64,000 nt of DNA from an uncultured Actinomycetes bacterium (GTDB lineage: Bacteria > Actinomycetota > Thermoleophilia > UBA2241). The DNA lies in assembly GCA_963767005.1 (NCBI GenBank), contig CAVYCN010000003.1:1-64000 (forward strand). The letters run 5' to 3'. Shown here one piece after another: positions 1 to 9,868 of the stretch (position 1 is the stretch's first letter; the number at the start of each line of letters is the position of its first letter). Both the position numbers and the translations under genes were made by a program. The notes beneath the pieces were generated by a model. It searched no databases. It was given only the letters and a program-made list of their open reading frames with translations, and was not told the origin of the DNA.

Positions 1-110
1 CGGAGGCTGCGGACACATGGCTGACGGCCTGGGCCGGACCAAAGGGCCGACAGCGGTTTAACCCTATCGTCATAGTGTGATGCTCGCCGCCTCTGGGTAT
101 CTCGTCACTC

Positions 111-1085
111 GTGGCAAAGACGATGCGCCAGCTCCTGGTCGCGCTGATCACAGCCGCCTTCCTGGTGACGGCCGTGAGCGGCCTCGTCCTTGCCTTTCCC
201 GCAACACTCCTGCCGCTCGTCGGCCTGTCGCTGCTTGCCTGGCGCTCGATTCACGAGTGGAGCGCGCTCGCCTTTGCCGCTGCCGTCGTCGCGCACCTCG
301 TCTTGAACCGGAGCCGCATCGCCGAGTTGTTCATCATGCGTGGTCGGCCGGATGAACGGCCGGCAATCGCGGCCCCGCCGCAGGAGCAGCCGGCTCTTGC
401 GGCTGAGCCAGAGGCGGCAGCGCAGCAGACTCAGCCCACCGAGCGACACCTGCGCCTGAGCCGCCGCCGCTTCCTCATCGTTGCGGGTGGCGCCCTGGCG
501 GCGCTCATCGCCGCGCTTGCTTTGGACCGTGGCCGTCCCGGAGGCTCCACCTCGCAGGCGGGCAACTCGCTCGCCGACTTCCCCGTGCTCAACATCGAGG
601 CCGGTCCGCCCGATGTGGTGGCGGCCGACTGGCAGCTGGTGGTCGACGGGCTGGTCGCGACGCCGCTGCACCTCGATCGGGCCGCCTGGCTTGCGCTGCC
701 GCGCACACAGGAGACGCGTGACTTCCACTGCGTCGAAGGCTGGAGCGTCGACAAGCTGGGCTGGTCAGGAGTGCGGGTCGCAGAGCTCCTTAGGCAGGCT
801 GCGCCGATGACGCAGGGCCAGTTCGTCACTTTCCACGCCTACGGTGGCAGCTACACGGACAGTCTCGCCCTGGCCGAGGCGCAGGAGCCAGAGACGCTAC
901 TAGCCGACAGGCTCGACGGCGCACCGCTGCCGGCCGCCCACGGCGGACCGCTGCGGCTCGTGATCCCCTCGCAGCTGGGCTACAAGAACGTGAAGTGGGT
1001 CGTGCGGCTCGAGGTCACGGCTTCCCGGGCGGAGGGTTACTGGGAGCGCACCGGTGGCTACCCGGCCGAGGCGCCGGTGGGGTGA
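111..1085 (+). CDS. Molybdopterin-dependent oxidoreductase (sulfite oxidase/MsrP-YedY-like) with N-terminal DUF4405-like membrane domain
   Basis: DFHCVEGWS and HGGPLRLVIPSQLGYKNVKWV motifs; N-terminal hydrophobic helices with His (WRSIHEW, AHLVLN); internal SRRRFL motif. Confidence 0.85.
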   Translation: MAKTMRQLLVALITAAFLVTAVSGLVLAFPATLLPLVGLSLLAWRSIHEWSALAFAAAVVAHLVLNRSRIAELFIMRGRPDERPAIAAPPQEQPALAAEPEAAAQQTQPTERHLRLSRRRFLIVAGGALAALIAALALDRGRPGGSTSQAGNSLADFPVLNIEAGPPDVVAADWQLVVDGLVATPLHLDRAAWLALPRTQETRDFHCVEGWSVDKLGWSGVRVAELLRQAAPMTQGQFVTFHAYGGSYTDSLALAEAQEPETLLADRLDGAPLPAAHGGPLRLVIPSQLGYKNVKWVVRLEVTASRAEGYWERTGGYPAEAPVG

Positions 1086-1244
1086 GGCGCTCAGCGGCAC
1101 CGAGAAGTAGACTTCGGAACCCCAGGTCTGCGCCGCGCTCTCAAGTGGCAACAGGTCCCAGAGGGCACTGGCCGTCCGCGACAGGTTGAGCTCGGCCATC
1201 AGCTCGACGCCGGCTTCCTCGATCACAATGCGCACGCGCGTCAT
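1086..1244 (-). pseudogene. Truncated cyclophilin-like (TM1367/DUF369-type) protein, N-terminal part only
   Basis: MTRVRIVIEEAGVELMAELNLSRTASALWDLLPLESAAQTWGSEVYFSVP with GAGGAG RBS; similarity ends at the stop of the convergent gene. Confidence 0.65.
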
Positions 1245-1270
1245 GCACGAATCTCTTCTCCTCGCTCCGC

Positions 1271-1987
1271 CTAAAACGAGCCGCCGCGCGCCTTGATGGT
1301 GCGCTTCAGGAAGTTGTTGTGCAGGGAGCTCTTCGGGTCGTCGGCCCAGCGACAGAGCGACTCGAACATCGGCTTGGTGGCGGTGAAGGCAAGCAGACCG
1401 GGATCGAGGTGCTGACGCATGGCCTGGTCGGTGGCGCCGATCACGGCACGCGGCTCGTCGAGATCGCCGATGGCCGCCGCAAGCTGGCCGCAGCCGGAGC
1501 TGAATGGCGCCGTCACGGGCGGGTCGTGTGGCCCGCTGAAGTACGAGGCGCCGGTGACCAGCACGGCGAGCTGGTCGGCGTTGACGTAGAAGGTGACGCT
1601 GCGCAGGTAGTCGTACTGCTCGGCCTTGAGCGGTCCGATGAGCACGTGGCCGTGACGTGGCGCAAAGGCGGCGCCACCGTCGAGCCACTGGCCCATGAGC
1701 TCGTGCGAGGCGCGCAGACCCTCCTCGTCGACTAAGAACTTGACCATCTCCTCGCGCGAGCGGGTCTGCAGGCCGAGCAACTGTGGCGCGCCGCAGCCGT
1801 GCTTGTCGGCGGTGATGTGCAGCGTCTTGCCCTCGCGCCAGGCGCCGAAGGAGGCAAAGACGCACTGCCGCTGCGTTCTGGGCTCGACCAGGGGTGCAAA
1901 GGGCGTCGGGTCCGGGGCGTCGTAGAGACCGACGATGGGCTCGCGAATGTTGAGCGCCGCGAGGATGGTGCTGGGGTCGGGCTGCAC
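1271..1987 (-). CDS. DUF169-like protein
   Basis: GTG start after AAGGAGG; Cys motifs (QCVF, HGCGA, PFSSGCGQ) and AVIGATD..MR typical of DUF169. Confidence 0.7.
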   Translation of the reverse strand: MQPDPSTILAALNIREPIVGLYDAPDPTPFAPLVEPRTQRQCVFASFGAWREGKTLHITADKHGCGAPQLLGLQTRSREEMVKFLVDEEGLRASHELMGQWLDGGAAFAPRHGHVLIGPLKAEQYDYLRSVTFYVNADQLAVLVTGASYFSGPHDPPVTAPFSSGCGQLAAAIGDLDEPRAVIGATDQAMRQHLDPGLLAFTATKPMFESLCRWADDPKSSLHNNFLKRTIKARGGSF

Positions 1988-2342
1988 AGTGGCCTCCTTC
2001 ACGCTTCGTGTGGCTGCTCGGTACTGCTCCTGCGCGTGGTCTCCGGCGTTCTCGCCGGGGCTCTCCCCGACTGACCCGCTCCGCCGGTCAGCTCCACATG
2101 ATATGGCGAGAGCCGCCTTCGCGGGCTGGCTCGGCGGCGTTCGTTGTGCATAAGAACTTCCAAACCCACCGAAGGCGTGACGGGCGGTAGCTTGCCGTGC
2201 GCGATTGTGCTGTACGGCCCAAGGTACTGGCGCGGCGCGATGCTCACCGGCGTCTCGTCGTGCTCGGCTGTCGCGATCCGCTCGCCGGCGAATGCCGGCA
2301 AGCCCGTGCTCCTGCGCGACCCACTCGCGGCACAGGCGCGAT

Positions 2343-2771
2343 TCAAACGAGTGCCACCAGGCCGATGCCCACCACAATGAGTGCGACGCCACAGGCGCGA
2401 CCAATCGAGAAACTATCCTTTGTGGTCAGCCATCCGATGGCGGCCGTCAGGGCGATGGCTCCGCCGTAGACGGTGGGGAAGACGACGGCAAGTGTGTCAC
2501 CCCGAGCGTAGATCCTGATGAGCAGGACCGAGAAGACGGCGATGGCCAGACCGGCCAGCACCGAGTACACCAGGCCGCTGCGAGTCAGTTGCGCATGGGC
2601 TTGTCCGCCAAAGCGACCAACCAGCAAGGCGGCCAGGCAGACGAGCGCGCCTAAGCCGTTGAAGATCACTGAGCTGGCTACCGGCGCGATGCGTCCGCCC
2701 GCTTTGGAAGTGCATAGGCCGAATAGCGCATAGAAGACAATGGCGAAGATGACGAGCAGTGCCGAATTCAC
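2343..2771 (-). CDS. Small EamA/DMT-like membrane transporter
   Basis: About 142 aa, five hydrophobic helices, ends GVALIVVGIGLVALV. Confidence 0.6.
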   Translation of the reverse strand: MNSALLVIFAIVFYALFGLCTSKAGGRIAPVASSVIFNGLGALVCLAALLVGRFGGQAHAQLTRSGLVYSVLAGLAIAVFSVLLIRIYARGDTLAVVFPTVYGGAIALTAAIGWLTTKDSFSIGRACGVALIVVGIGLVALV

Positions 2772-3006
2772 AAAACCACCTTCTTCGGTAGGACCCAACA
2801 CTTTCCACGCCGGCATCGTAGACGGACGTGCCGCGGCGGCCAAGCCCCTGGGACTCGTTCTCTGACCGTTCATCCGTTGGAGAAGACAGAGGGCCTGAAA
2901 TCAAGGGTGGCTGGCCGCAGCCGGCAGCGGCCACTACCAGGAGTCGCTGTTGACCGTCACACGCATCTTCGGTTTGGCCTGCTCCGCCGAGGGTAGCCCG
3001 GTGGTG

Positions 3007-3411
3007 ATGAACATCGAGACGTTGCGTGCGGGCTACGGAGCATACGGACTGGGCGCCGCTGAGGCGATGCTGGCCATGTTCGACCGAGATTCTCGGGGCG
3101 GCGCGGAATGGAACGTCGGCCACCAACAATCACCGGTGGTCGCCAGGGCACAACTGGCACCCTACGACCTGTTCGGCGGTGAAGACGACAGGTGGGACAT
3201 CGTACGGGTAGAACCCAAAGATTTCGAGCGGCGTGCAGACAGGATCATCGTCACGGGCCACGTGTTCTGGAGACCACGGCGCGGTTGGCACACAGTCGCC
3301 GTCCCATTCCTCCACATCTGGACGCTACGCGAGCGACACCCGGTCAAAGTCGTGAGCTACCTTGACGGCATAGAGCTCTGTCGGGTCGAATCGGACTCGG
3401 GATGGCGCTGA
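3007..3411 (+). CDS. NTF2/SnoaL-like fold protein
   Basis: MNIETLRAGY start; DRIIVTGH...VPFLHIWTLR...VVSYLD pattern. Confidence 0.6.
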   Translation: MNIETLRAGYGAYGLGAAEAMLAMFDRDSRGGAEWNVGHQQSPVVARAQLAPYDLFGGEDDRWDIVRVEPKDFERRADRIIVTGHVFWRPRRGWHTVAVPFLHIWTLRERHPVKVVSYLDGIELCRVESDSGWR

Positions 3412-3446
3412 GCCGGTGAGGCGCGGCCGCGCTCTTCTCCGGTCGT

Positions 3447-4160
3447 TCAACCAGGGGCGGGCTCCAATGCAACGGCCCGAACCGGCGCCCCGTCGCAGCC
3501 CACGATGTTGAGGGGCAACAGCAAGAGCAGCGGCTCCACGCCGGGCGTGAGAGCCGCGGTACCGGCCAGGTTCTCTGCGATCAGCGCACCCGCGGCCGCG
3601 AACATTTCGTGGATGGGAAACTCGTCGCCGCCGGTGAAGTCGGCGTTCAGCGTGTCGATCGCGATCGTCATGACGCCAGCCTCGAGCAGCGCCCGGCCGA
3701 CGGCGGCCTCTAAGTAGGGGTGTTCGAAGAACGTCGGGTTGCCGGCGTGCCCGTACCAGCCGGTGCAGAACAGGGCGATCGCGCCCGGCCGCAGCGCGGC
3801 GCGGTACGGGCCGAGGTCGCCGAGCGTAATCGTCTGGCCCGGTGCCTTGCCCGGCACGGGCACGACGACCGCCGGGCCGACCGTCATGGCGAGCGGCATG
3901 CGATCGATCGGGGCGCCATCGTCGCGGAAGTGGTATGGGGCATCGATGTGCGTGCCGGTCTGCGTTCCGACGTGGACGTGGCTCAGATTGTAGCCTTCGT
4001 TCGCGACGGTTGTGGCAGTTAAGATGTGCGGCTGCGGGTCACCTGGGTAGATCGGCGTCGTGTTCGTCAACGGGTGGCTCAGGTCGACGACGCGTACGCC
4101 AAGTCCGCCCCCCATCCAGGCTGGCAGCAGGGCAGCGTCGCCTATCCGACGACCGTTCAT
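3447..4160 (-). CDS. Cyclase/kynurenine formamidase-like metallohydrolase
   Basis: DLSHPL..YPGDP, QTGTHIDAPYH, IAENL, DGAPVRAVA; ATGA overlap with upstream gene. Confidence 0.9.
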   Translation of the reverse strand: MNGRRIGDAALLPAWMGGGLGVRVVDLSHPLTNTTPIYPGDPQPHILTATTVANEGYNLSHVHVGTQTGTHIDAPYHFRDDGAPIDRMPLAMTVGPAVVVPVPGKAPGQTITLGDLGPYRAALRPGAIALFCTGWYGHAGNPTFFEHPYLEAAVGRALLEAGVMTIAIDTLNADFTGGDEFPIHEMFAAAGALIAENLAGTAALTPGVEPLLLLLPLNIVGCDGAPVRAVALEPAPG

Positions 4161-5095
4161 GCGAGGAACAGCGCGGCGACGGCCTTCTCGGTGTGCATGC
4201 GGTTCTCACCCTGGTCCCAGAAGGCGCAGTAGGGGCTCTCGATGACCTCGTCGACCATGTCCTCGCCGCGGTAGCCCGGCAGGCAGTGCATGTAGATCAC
4301 GTCAGGCTTGGCCATCTCGATCACGCGCATGTTGACCTGGTAGGGGGCGAAGTCCTTGAGGCGCTGCTCGCTGGTTCTCGGTGGCCATCGAGTGCCAGGT
4401 GTTGCCGTAGATCACGTCGGCCTGGCCGGCGACCTCTTCGAGGTCGGGCGTATAGACGATCTTCGACCCCGAGAGGGCGGCCCACTTCTGGGCGATCGCG
4501 AGCTGCTCGGCGTTGGGCTGATAGCTCTCGTTGGGCTGGGCGGCGTAGAAGTCCATGCCGAGCATGGCGGAGCCCATCATGAGCGAGTGGCAGACGTTCC
4601 AGATGTCGCCCAGGTAGGCGACCTTGAGGCCCTTGTAGTGGCCCTTCTTCTCTTTGATCGTCATCAGGTCGCAGAGGCCTTGGCAGGGGTGGGTCTCGTT
4701 GGTCAGCGCGTTGATCACCGGGTTGAGCATGTAGCGGGCGAACTCCTCGACGACCTCCTGGCCGAAGGTGCGGATGAAGAGGCCCTCGCAGTAGCGGTCG
4801 ATGATGCGCGCCGTGTCGCGAGATCGGCTCGCCGCGGCTGGTCTGCATCTGGTCGGGGCTCATGTAGAAGGTCTGGCCGCCGAGCTGGGCGATGCCCGCC
4901 TGAAAGCTCAGGCGGGTGCGCGTCGATGCGCTTCTCGAAGATCAGGGCGACGGTCTTGCCGCGCAGCGGCTCGAAGAGCTCGCCGATCAGGCGCTTGCGC
5001 TTGAGCTCGATCGCCGTGTCGACGATGAAGCGCACCTCGTCGGGGGTGAAGTCGGCGAGCTTCAGGAAGTCTCTGCCCTGGAAGTGGTGCTGCAT
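4157..5095 (-). CDS. Ornithine/putrescine-type carbamoyltransferase, frameshifted (several indels)
   Basis: Across frames: LIFEK-STRTR, NALTNETHPCQ, YLGD, HCLPGYRG, DQGENRMH. Confidence 0.85.
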
Positions 5096-5127
5096 GACGA
5101 AAGGCTCCTTTCAATCGGGATGAGGAA

Positions 5128-5157
5128 GGCCGGCGGCCGCCAGGGCGGCCGCCGGCC
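5128..5157. terminator. GC-rich intra-operon hairpin
   Basis: GGCCGGCGGCCGCC-AG-GGCGGCCGCCGGCC inverted repeat; no U-tract. Confidence 0.4.
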
Positions 5158-5171
5158 CTAGCACGGCAAAG

Positions 5172-6170
5172 CTACCCCGATGTCAGCTGCACAGTGACGA
5201 CCGTGTCCGCTGCGAGCGTCACGAGCGCGCCGCGCAATACGCCTTCCCCGTATTCGCTGCCCGGATTGACGGCCATCGTGCGACCAATCGGCATCTGAGC
5301 ACGCGACTCGTGGATGTGGCCGTGCAGCGACAGCAGCGGCTGGTACTTCTCGATCGCCTGCCGCACGGCGGCGCTGCCTGCGCCGTACATGACCGGCGTA
5401 CCGCCCGAGGTGATGACCTTGGGAGGATCAGTCGACCAGTCGAGCTCGGCGCAGGTGTCGAGGCCGCTGTCCTTGGGCGGCGAATGAAAATTGAAGATCA
5501 CTCGGCTGAAGTCGTCGATGCCGGCGAGGATGCGCTCGATGTGGACGTGGAGCTCCTCGTCAGGCACTTCGCGCGGTGTCTTCCAGGGCGTCGGATTGCT
5601 GAGCCCGAGGCTGACCATGGTGTGGCCCTCCTCGTCGATCGCGACAGTCTTGTCCTCGCAGTTGATGACGGCGTCGTGAGCCTCGCGCTCAATGACTTCC
5701 AGCACATCGACCGAGTCGTCATTTCCGCCGGTGATGTAACAGCGGATGCCCGTACCGGCCAGGCGTTCTTCCGCGAGCTGGACCCAACCGGCAAGCCGCT
5801 CGGCCGCGAGTTGGTGGTAGAGAGCGTCCACCTTGGCGGGATCCTCCCTGAGCGCGTCGTACTCGTCCGGCGACACGACAGCGGTGTACTGACCGAGTTT
5901 GCCGGCACGCTTCTTGAAGTCCGCCATTGCCTCGGGACTCTCGATCTCGCGAGTCAAGGACTGGATGGTGGCCCGATAGCGGCCGCCCCCGAGGTCGAGG
6001 ATCGGCACGACGATCTTGCCGGCGATGTCGCCGCCCAGAATGAGGACGTCGACGCCGTAGAACTTGCCGGAGTTCACGAACTTGCGGAAGGTCGTCTCCG
6101 AGCCATGCACGTCGGTCACAAAGAAGAGTTTCGTCGTCTTGCCCTTCTCCCTCTTGCCGAACAGGGGCAT
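5172..6170 (-). CDS. Calcineurin-like metallophosphoesterase (Icc-related)
   Basis: DVHGS, GGD, GGNDD, FHSPP, HGHIHES, NPGSEY motifs. Confidence 0.9.
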   Translation of the reverse strand: MPLFGKREKGKTTKLFFVTDVHGSETTFRKFVNSGKFYGVDVLILGGDIAGKIVVPILDLGGGRYRATIQSLTREIESPEAMADFKKRAGKLGQYTAVVSPDEYDALREDPAKVDALYHQLAAERLAGWVQLAEERLAGTGIRCYITGGNDDSVDVLEVIEREAHDAVINCEDKTVAIDEEGHTMVSLGLSNPTPWKTPREVPDEELHVHIERILAGIDDFSRVIFNFHSPPKDSGLDTCAELDWSTDPPKVITSGGTPVMYGAGSAAVRQAIEKYQPLLSLHGHIHESRAQMPIGRTMAVNPGSEYGEGVLRGALVTLAADTVVTVQLTSG

Positions 6171-6198
6171 GCGGATTCCTTTCGTCACACCTCAGGCG

Positions 6199-7806
6199 TC
6201 ATTCTTCGGGGACCTGTTTGAAGCTGAGCGCCACATCGACGCCTCGTCTGCGCTGCACGTACTTGGCGACATAGTAAACGACGAGGCCGCTCAGGAAGAC
6301 GACGACGTTGAAGACGATCATGCCGGGATGACCACGCAGGCCGGCGCTCGGATCGCGCAAGAAGACCCAGCCCATGAACGCCTGGGCGGCGAAGCTCGCG
6401 ATCCCGATGATCGTGATGACCGGCACACGTCCGATCCGCTGGTTGATCGTCGAGGTCTCGAAGACGTCGGGCAGCCGGTAGGGCAGCAGCGCGGCCGAAA
6501 GAGAGATAAGGCAGAAGCTCAAGATGAAGCCGAAGATGCCCACAAGCGTGGCGAACAGGCTGGTGAACACGTAGATGCCCAGGGCCACTATGCTCATGAT
6601 GCCCATCGTCATCAGGGCGTTGATCGGCGTGTATGTCTTGCTGTTGACCTGCTTGAACCAGCTCGGCAGCAGGCCGTCAATCGCATAGGCGAAGATGTTG
6701 CGCGAGCCGTTCAGGATCTGACCAGGCAGCCACGCGTAGCTCCAGAAGATGAAGCCGAACAAGATGAGGAAGGCAAGCACGATGTTGTTGGAAACGAAGG
6801 CAGCGAGTTCCTGGAAGGTCGGCGCCGACTTGAACCCCAAGCCGGACGGGTCAGCGTAGCCGAGCTGGGCCAGGAAGTTGTAGCCCACCGCGTGATCGAT
6901 GACAAGAACGCTCACCAGCACCCCGCCGCCCACGATGAACAGCGTGGCTGGCATCGACCAGAGCTGTAGCCGCCGGGCGTCTTTGACCTCGCTGCCGATG
7001 TATGCCGACGAGCTCATGAACGACAGATTCAAGTACACCCAGGTCATGACGAGCAGCGTCCAGTACAGCGAAAAGTGCGAGAGCCCGGTGTAGCCAGCCG
7101 CCTTGGCCGACTGCGCGACGTAAAGCGACGGTACCGCCTTGCCCGACACCGCCCTCATGTGCATGTTGAAGGCGTGGATGCTGTCGAGCGGCACCTTGCC
7201 GACGAACACCGCCACGGTGAGCACGGTGCTTGCCACGGCCAGCAGGATGAGGATGTTCTGAACCTTGAAGTAGGTCTTGGTGCCGATCGCAAAGATGACG
7301 ATCAGCGCGATGATCAGACAGGTGCCCAGAATGAACGTGCCGACGTCTGTCGTGAACCAGTTGCCGATACTCGTCAGCGTCGCGTTCCCCGTATAGATGC
7401 CCATAGTGCGAAAGAACGGCGCCAGGCCGTAGCGTGCGAGAAACGCGCTCGGCACGCCGCCGTAGAAGAACCACCACATGGTCATGTTCCAGTTGGACAT
7501 CATGCCGAGAGCAGGTCCCATGACGCGACTCACGTAGACGTAGTCGCCGCCCGAACGCGGCATGGCCGAAGCAAGATAGCCGTAGACCATGGCGAGGGGC
7601 AGGATCAGCAGCGTGCAGATGACGGCAGCCCACGGCAGGCTCGTGCCTGGGTAAAAGGCCGGGCCGAAAAGGAAGAGGAACAGCAGGAGCAAGCCGATGC
7701 TCGTGAAGTTGACATTGTAGGCGAGCACGTCCCACGTGCCCGCCGTGCGGATCAGGCCACTGGCCTTCCGAACGAAGACCTCCGGCTTCTTGTCATCAGT
7801 CGCCAT
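6199..7806 (-). CDS. APC family amino acid permease
   Basis: FVRKASGLIR, AMPRSGGDYVYVSR, YIGSEVK; many TM helices. Confidence 0.9.
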   Translation of the reverse strand: MATDDKKPEVFVRKASGLIRTAGTWDVLAYNVNFTSIGLLLLFLFLFGPAFYPGTSLPWAAVICTLLILPLAMVYGYLASAMPRSGGDYVYVSRVMGPALGMMSNWNMTMWWFFYGGVPSAFLARYGLAPFFRTMGIYTGNATLTSIGNWFTTDVGTFILGTCLIIALIVIFAIGTKTYFKVQNILILLAVASTVLTVAVFVGKVPLDSIHAFNMHMRAVSGKAVPSLYVAQSAKAAGYTGLSHFSLYWTLLVMTWVYLNLSFMSSSAYIGSEVKDARRLQLWSMPATLFIVGGGVLVSVLVIDHAVGYNFLAQLGYADPSGLGFKSAPTFQELAAFVSNNIVLAFLILFGFIFWSYAWLPGQILNGSRNIFAYAIDGLLPSWFKQVNSKTYTPINALMTMGIMSIVALGIYVFTSLFATLVGIFGFILSFCLISLSAALLPYRLPDVFETSTINQRIGRVPVITIIGIASFAAQAFMGWVFLRDPSAGLRGHPGMIVFNVVVFLSGLVVYYVAKYVQRRRGVDVALSFKQVPEE

Positions 7807-7908
7807 GGTGCAAGCCCCCTTTGTGTCTTGCGGGTGTCGTGCCGCGACCGGCCCGCGTGTGGGCGGACCGGCCGGCGCCTGGCCGCGCGCATTCCGCGCG
7901 CGCCCTCC

Positions 7909-8022
7909 TCATCTCACTCGGTCCAGGCATAGGCCCTGATCGGCGAGCTCGACGAGCGGGTCGCCGGGGTACATCGGCATGCCGGTCGCGAGCTCGTGGC
8001 TCAGCTCCACGAAGCGCGCCAT
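7909..8022 (-). pseudogene. N-terminal fragment of a second cyclase-family gene (37 aa)
   Basis: MARFVELSHELATGMPMYPGDPLVEL aligns with VVDLSHPLTNTTPIYPGDP of 3447-4160; early TGA. Confidence 0.7.
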
Positions 8023-8035
8023 GACCCTGTCTCTC

Positions 8036-8893
8036 TCAGACGTCCCGCAGGAGCGGGAACGTCATGCAGTGCGGTCCGCCGCCGCCCTTCAAGATCTCGC
8101 TGATCTCGGGGGCGATGACCTCGAGGCCGAGGGCGCGCAGCTTCGCGTTGACGTCGCGATTGCCGGCGAAGGTCAGCACGCGGCCGTCGCCGAGCGCCTG
8201 GATGTTGCAGTGGTGGGCGAGCACGCCGGCGCTGCTCACCTCGATCAGCTCGAAGCGGCGCTTGGCCAGGGCGCGCAGGAAGAACTCGGGCATCTGCTCG
8301 ACGGCGCACACAGCGACGCCCGGCGCCACGATGTTGAAGGCCATGTCGAGGTGCAGGTTGCGCGAGGGAAGCTGCACGCCGCGCACGGTGTAGCCGAGCG
8401 GCTCGAGGATCTCCTGGGCGTTGCGCAGCCCCTCCCAGTCGGTGCGCGCCACCACGCCGTGGGCCACCGTGGCCTCGTCTATGAGCCAGAAATCGCCGCC
8501 CTCCAAGGAGCCGCGGCAGACCTTGCCGATGATGGGCACGCCGAGCTCTCGCAGCCTGGCCTCGTAGAGCAGCTCCTCGCCCTGGCGCACCGGCTCGCGG
8601 AAGCTGCCGATCAGCGCACCCTCGGCCAGACAGGCGCCGAAGTCGCGCGCGTAGACCATGTAGGGCAGCTCGGGATCGGGCTCAATGAGCTCGACCGCGA
8701 CGCCGGCCTCGCGGTAGGCCGCCACGAGCTCTGAGTGCTCGCGGGAAAAGGCCGCAAGGTCGGGCTGCTCGCCGCGGGCCAGCACGCCGCGGGTGATCTC
8801 GTTGATGGGCTGGAAGCTGAAGTGGTCGGGGGGGCACAGCAGGACCTTGCGGAGCCTGCCCGTCGCGTTCGACACAAACAGCTGCTCGGTCAA
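8036..8893 (-). CDS. Amidinotransferase/dimethylarginine dimethylaminohydrolase (ADI-DDAH, pentein) family protein
   Basis: MVYARD, LEGGD, HLDM, C-terminal KGGGGPHCMT with catalytic Cys. Confidence 0.9.
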   Translation of the reverse strand: MTEQLFVSNATGRLRKVLLCPPDHFSFQPINEITRGVLARGEQPDLAAFSREHSELVAAYREAGVAVELIEPDPELPYMVYARDFGACLAEGALIGSFREPVRQGEELLYEARLRELGVPIIGKVCRGSLEGGDFWLIDEATVAHGVVARTDWEGLRNAQEILEPLGYTVRGVQLPSRNLHLDMAFNIVAPGVAVCAVEQMPEFFLRALAKRRFELIEVSSAGVLAHHCNIQALGDGRVLTFAGNRDVNAKLRALGLEVIAPEISEILKGGGGPHCMTFPLLRDV

Positions 8894-8964
8894 TCCGCGC
8901 TCCCTGCGTCAACGTCTTGTGTGCGTACGATACCCAGCTCGCCCAACTCCGATGAGTGGACATC

Positions 8965-8994
8965 TGCACTCGAATAGATACCTTATGGAGTGCA
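8965..8994. promoter_or_regulatory. Candidate operator upstream of the amidinotransferase operon
   Basis: TGCACTC-N16-GAGTGCA inverted repeat in an AT-richer patch about 70-100 bp upstream of the start. Confidence 0.35.
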
Positions 8995-9189
8995 AGCAGA
9001 CACCATGTCGGCACGCCTTCTCGATGCTCACGGAGGCGGCCAGTCGGCCGTACGTCCGCAGTCAGATCCCCGTCAGCCGACCCGGTTGCCATCGAGGTCG
9101 ATATCGCTCGGGAGTCGCCCTGGCGACAGGAACGTTGTGCCCAGACGGCGAGCGTCTTCAAGACAACCGGTCTCGCCCTCGCATCTGTC

Positions 9190-9218
9190 AACCGGTGATC
9201 AAGGTCTTGCAGTCAGTC
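9190..9218 (-). repeat. Degenerate att-like fragment of tRNA-Cys 3' half
   Basis: AACCGGTGATCAAGGTCTTGCAGTCAGTC, 27/29 identical to the copy within 47958-48015. Confidence 0.7.
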
Positions 9219-9336
9219 CCACGATCGAGCCCACGGCGATCAGCAGGCCGGCTGCGGCGACGGCGGGGTCTGAATGGTTCATGCCCCGGCACCTTCGGGT
9301 TGGTTTGCTCGCCTACCAGACGAGGGGACTCGCGCC

Positions 9337-9750
9337 TCAGTCGAGCTCCTCGACCATCTCCTTGAAGGCCTCGAGGTCCTCGCTGACGCGGCGGTTCATC
9401 CAGTGGCGCACGGTGTCGGGCCTGCCTTCCCAGGCCGTCGGGTCGTAGTCGAGCTGGTAGGTCACCCTCGTGTGGTCGGCATCGAGCTTCTCGAAGCGCA
9501 CCTCGCCACTCTCGCGACCGTCGGTGGCTCGCCAGGTGACCTTCTCGTCGGGGATGTGCTCGACCAGATCGGCATCCCACTCGACGGTCTCGTCTTCGAT
9601 CACGGCGACCCAGTGCAGGCGGTCTTCCTCGACCAGGGTCACGGTCTCGATCGTCGCCATGAACTCGGGGTAGTCCTCGAAGGCCGTCCAGGCCTCGTAG
9701 ACCTCACGGACGTCGGCCTGTACCTCGATGGTCTTGTCGATGAACGCCAT
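9337..9750 (-). CDS. SRPBCC (polyketide cyclase/START-like) family protein
   Basis: IEVQADVREVYEAWTAFEDYPEFM...ESGEVRF...DLEAFKEMVE. Confidence 0.85.
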   Translation of the reverse strand: MAFIDKTIEVQADVREVYEAWTAFEDYPEFMATIETVTLVEEDRLHWVAVIEDETVEWDADLVEHIPDEKVTWRATDGRESGEVRFEKLDADHTRVTYQLDYDPTAWEGRPDTVRHWMNRRVSEDLEAFKEMVEELD

Positions 9751-9868
9751 CTCTTCCCCTCCGTCGTCTTGGAGTGCTCGCGAGCCGAAGCCCCGGTCGT
9801 CACTCGAGAGCTTGGCCCGCCTGCGTTAGCCGCCAAAGAACGCCGCAAGAGCGTCGCGTGAGCGCGGC

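Noticed and set aside
8894-9180. Guanidine (ykkC-type) riboswitch upstream of the amidinotransferase operon
   Set aside because: No recognisable conserved motifs by eye; an Infernal/Rfam scan would settle it.
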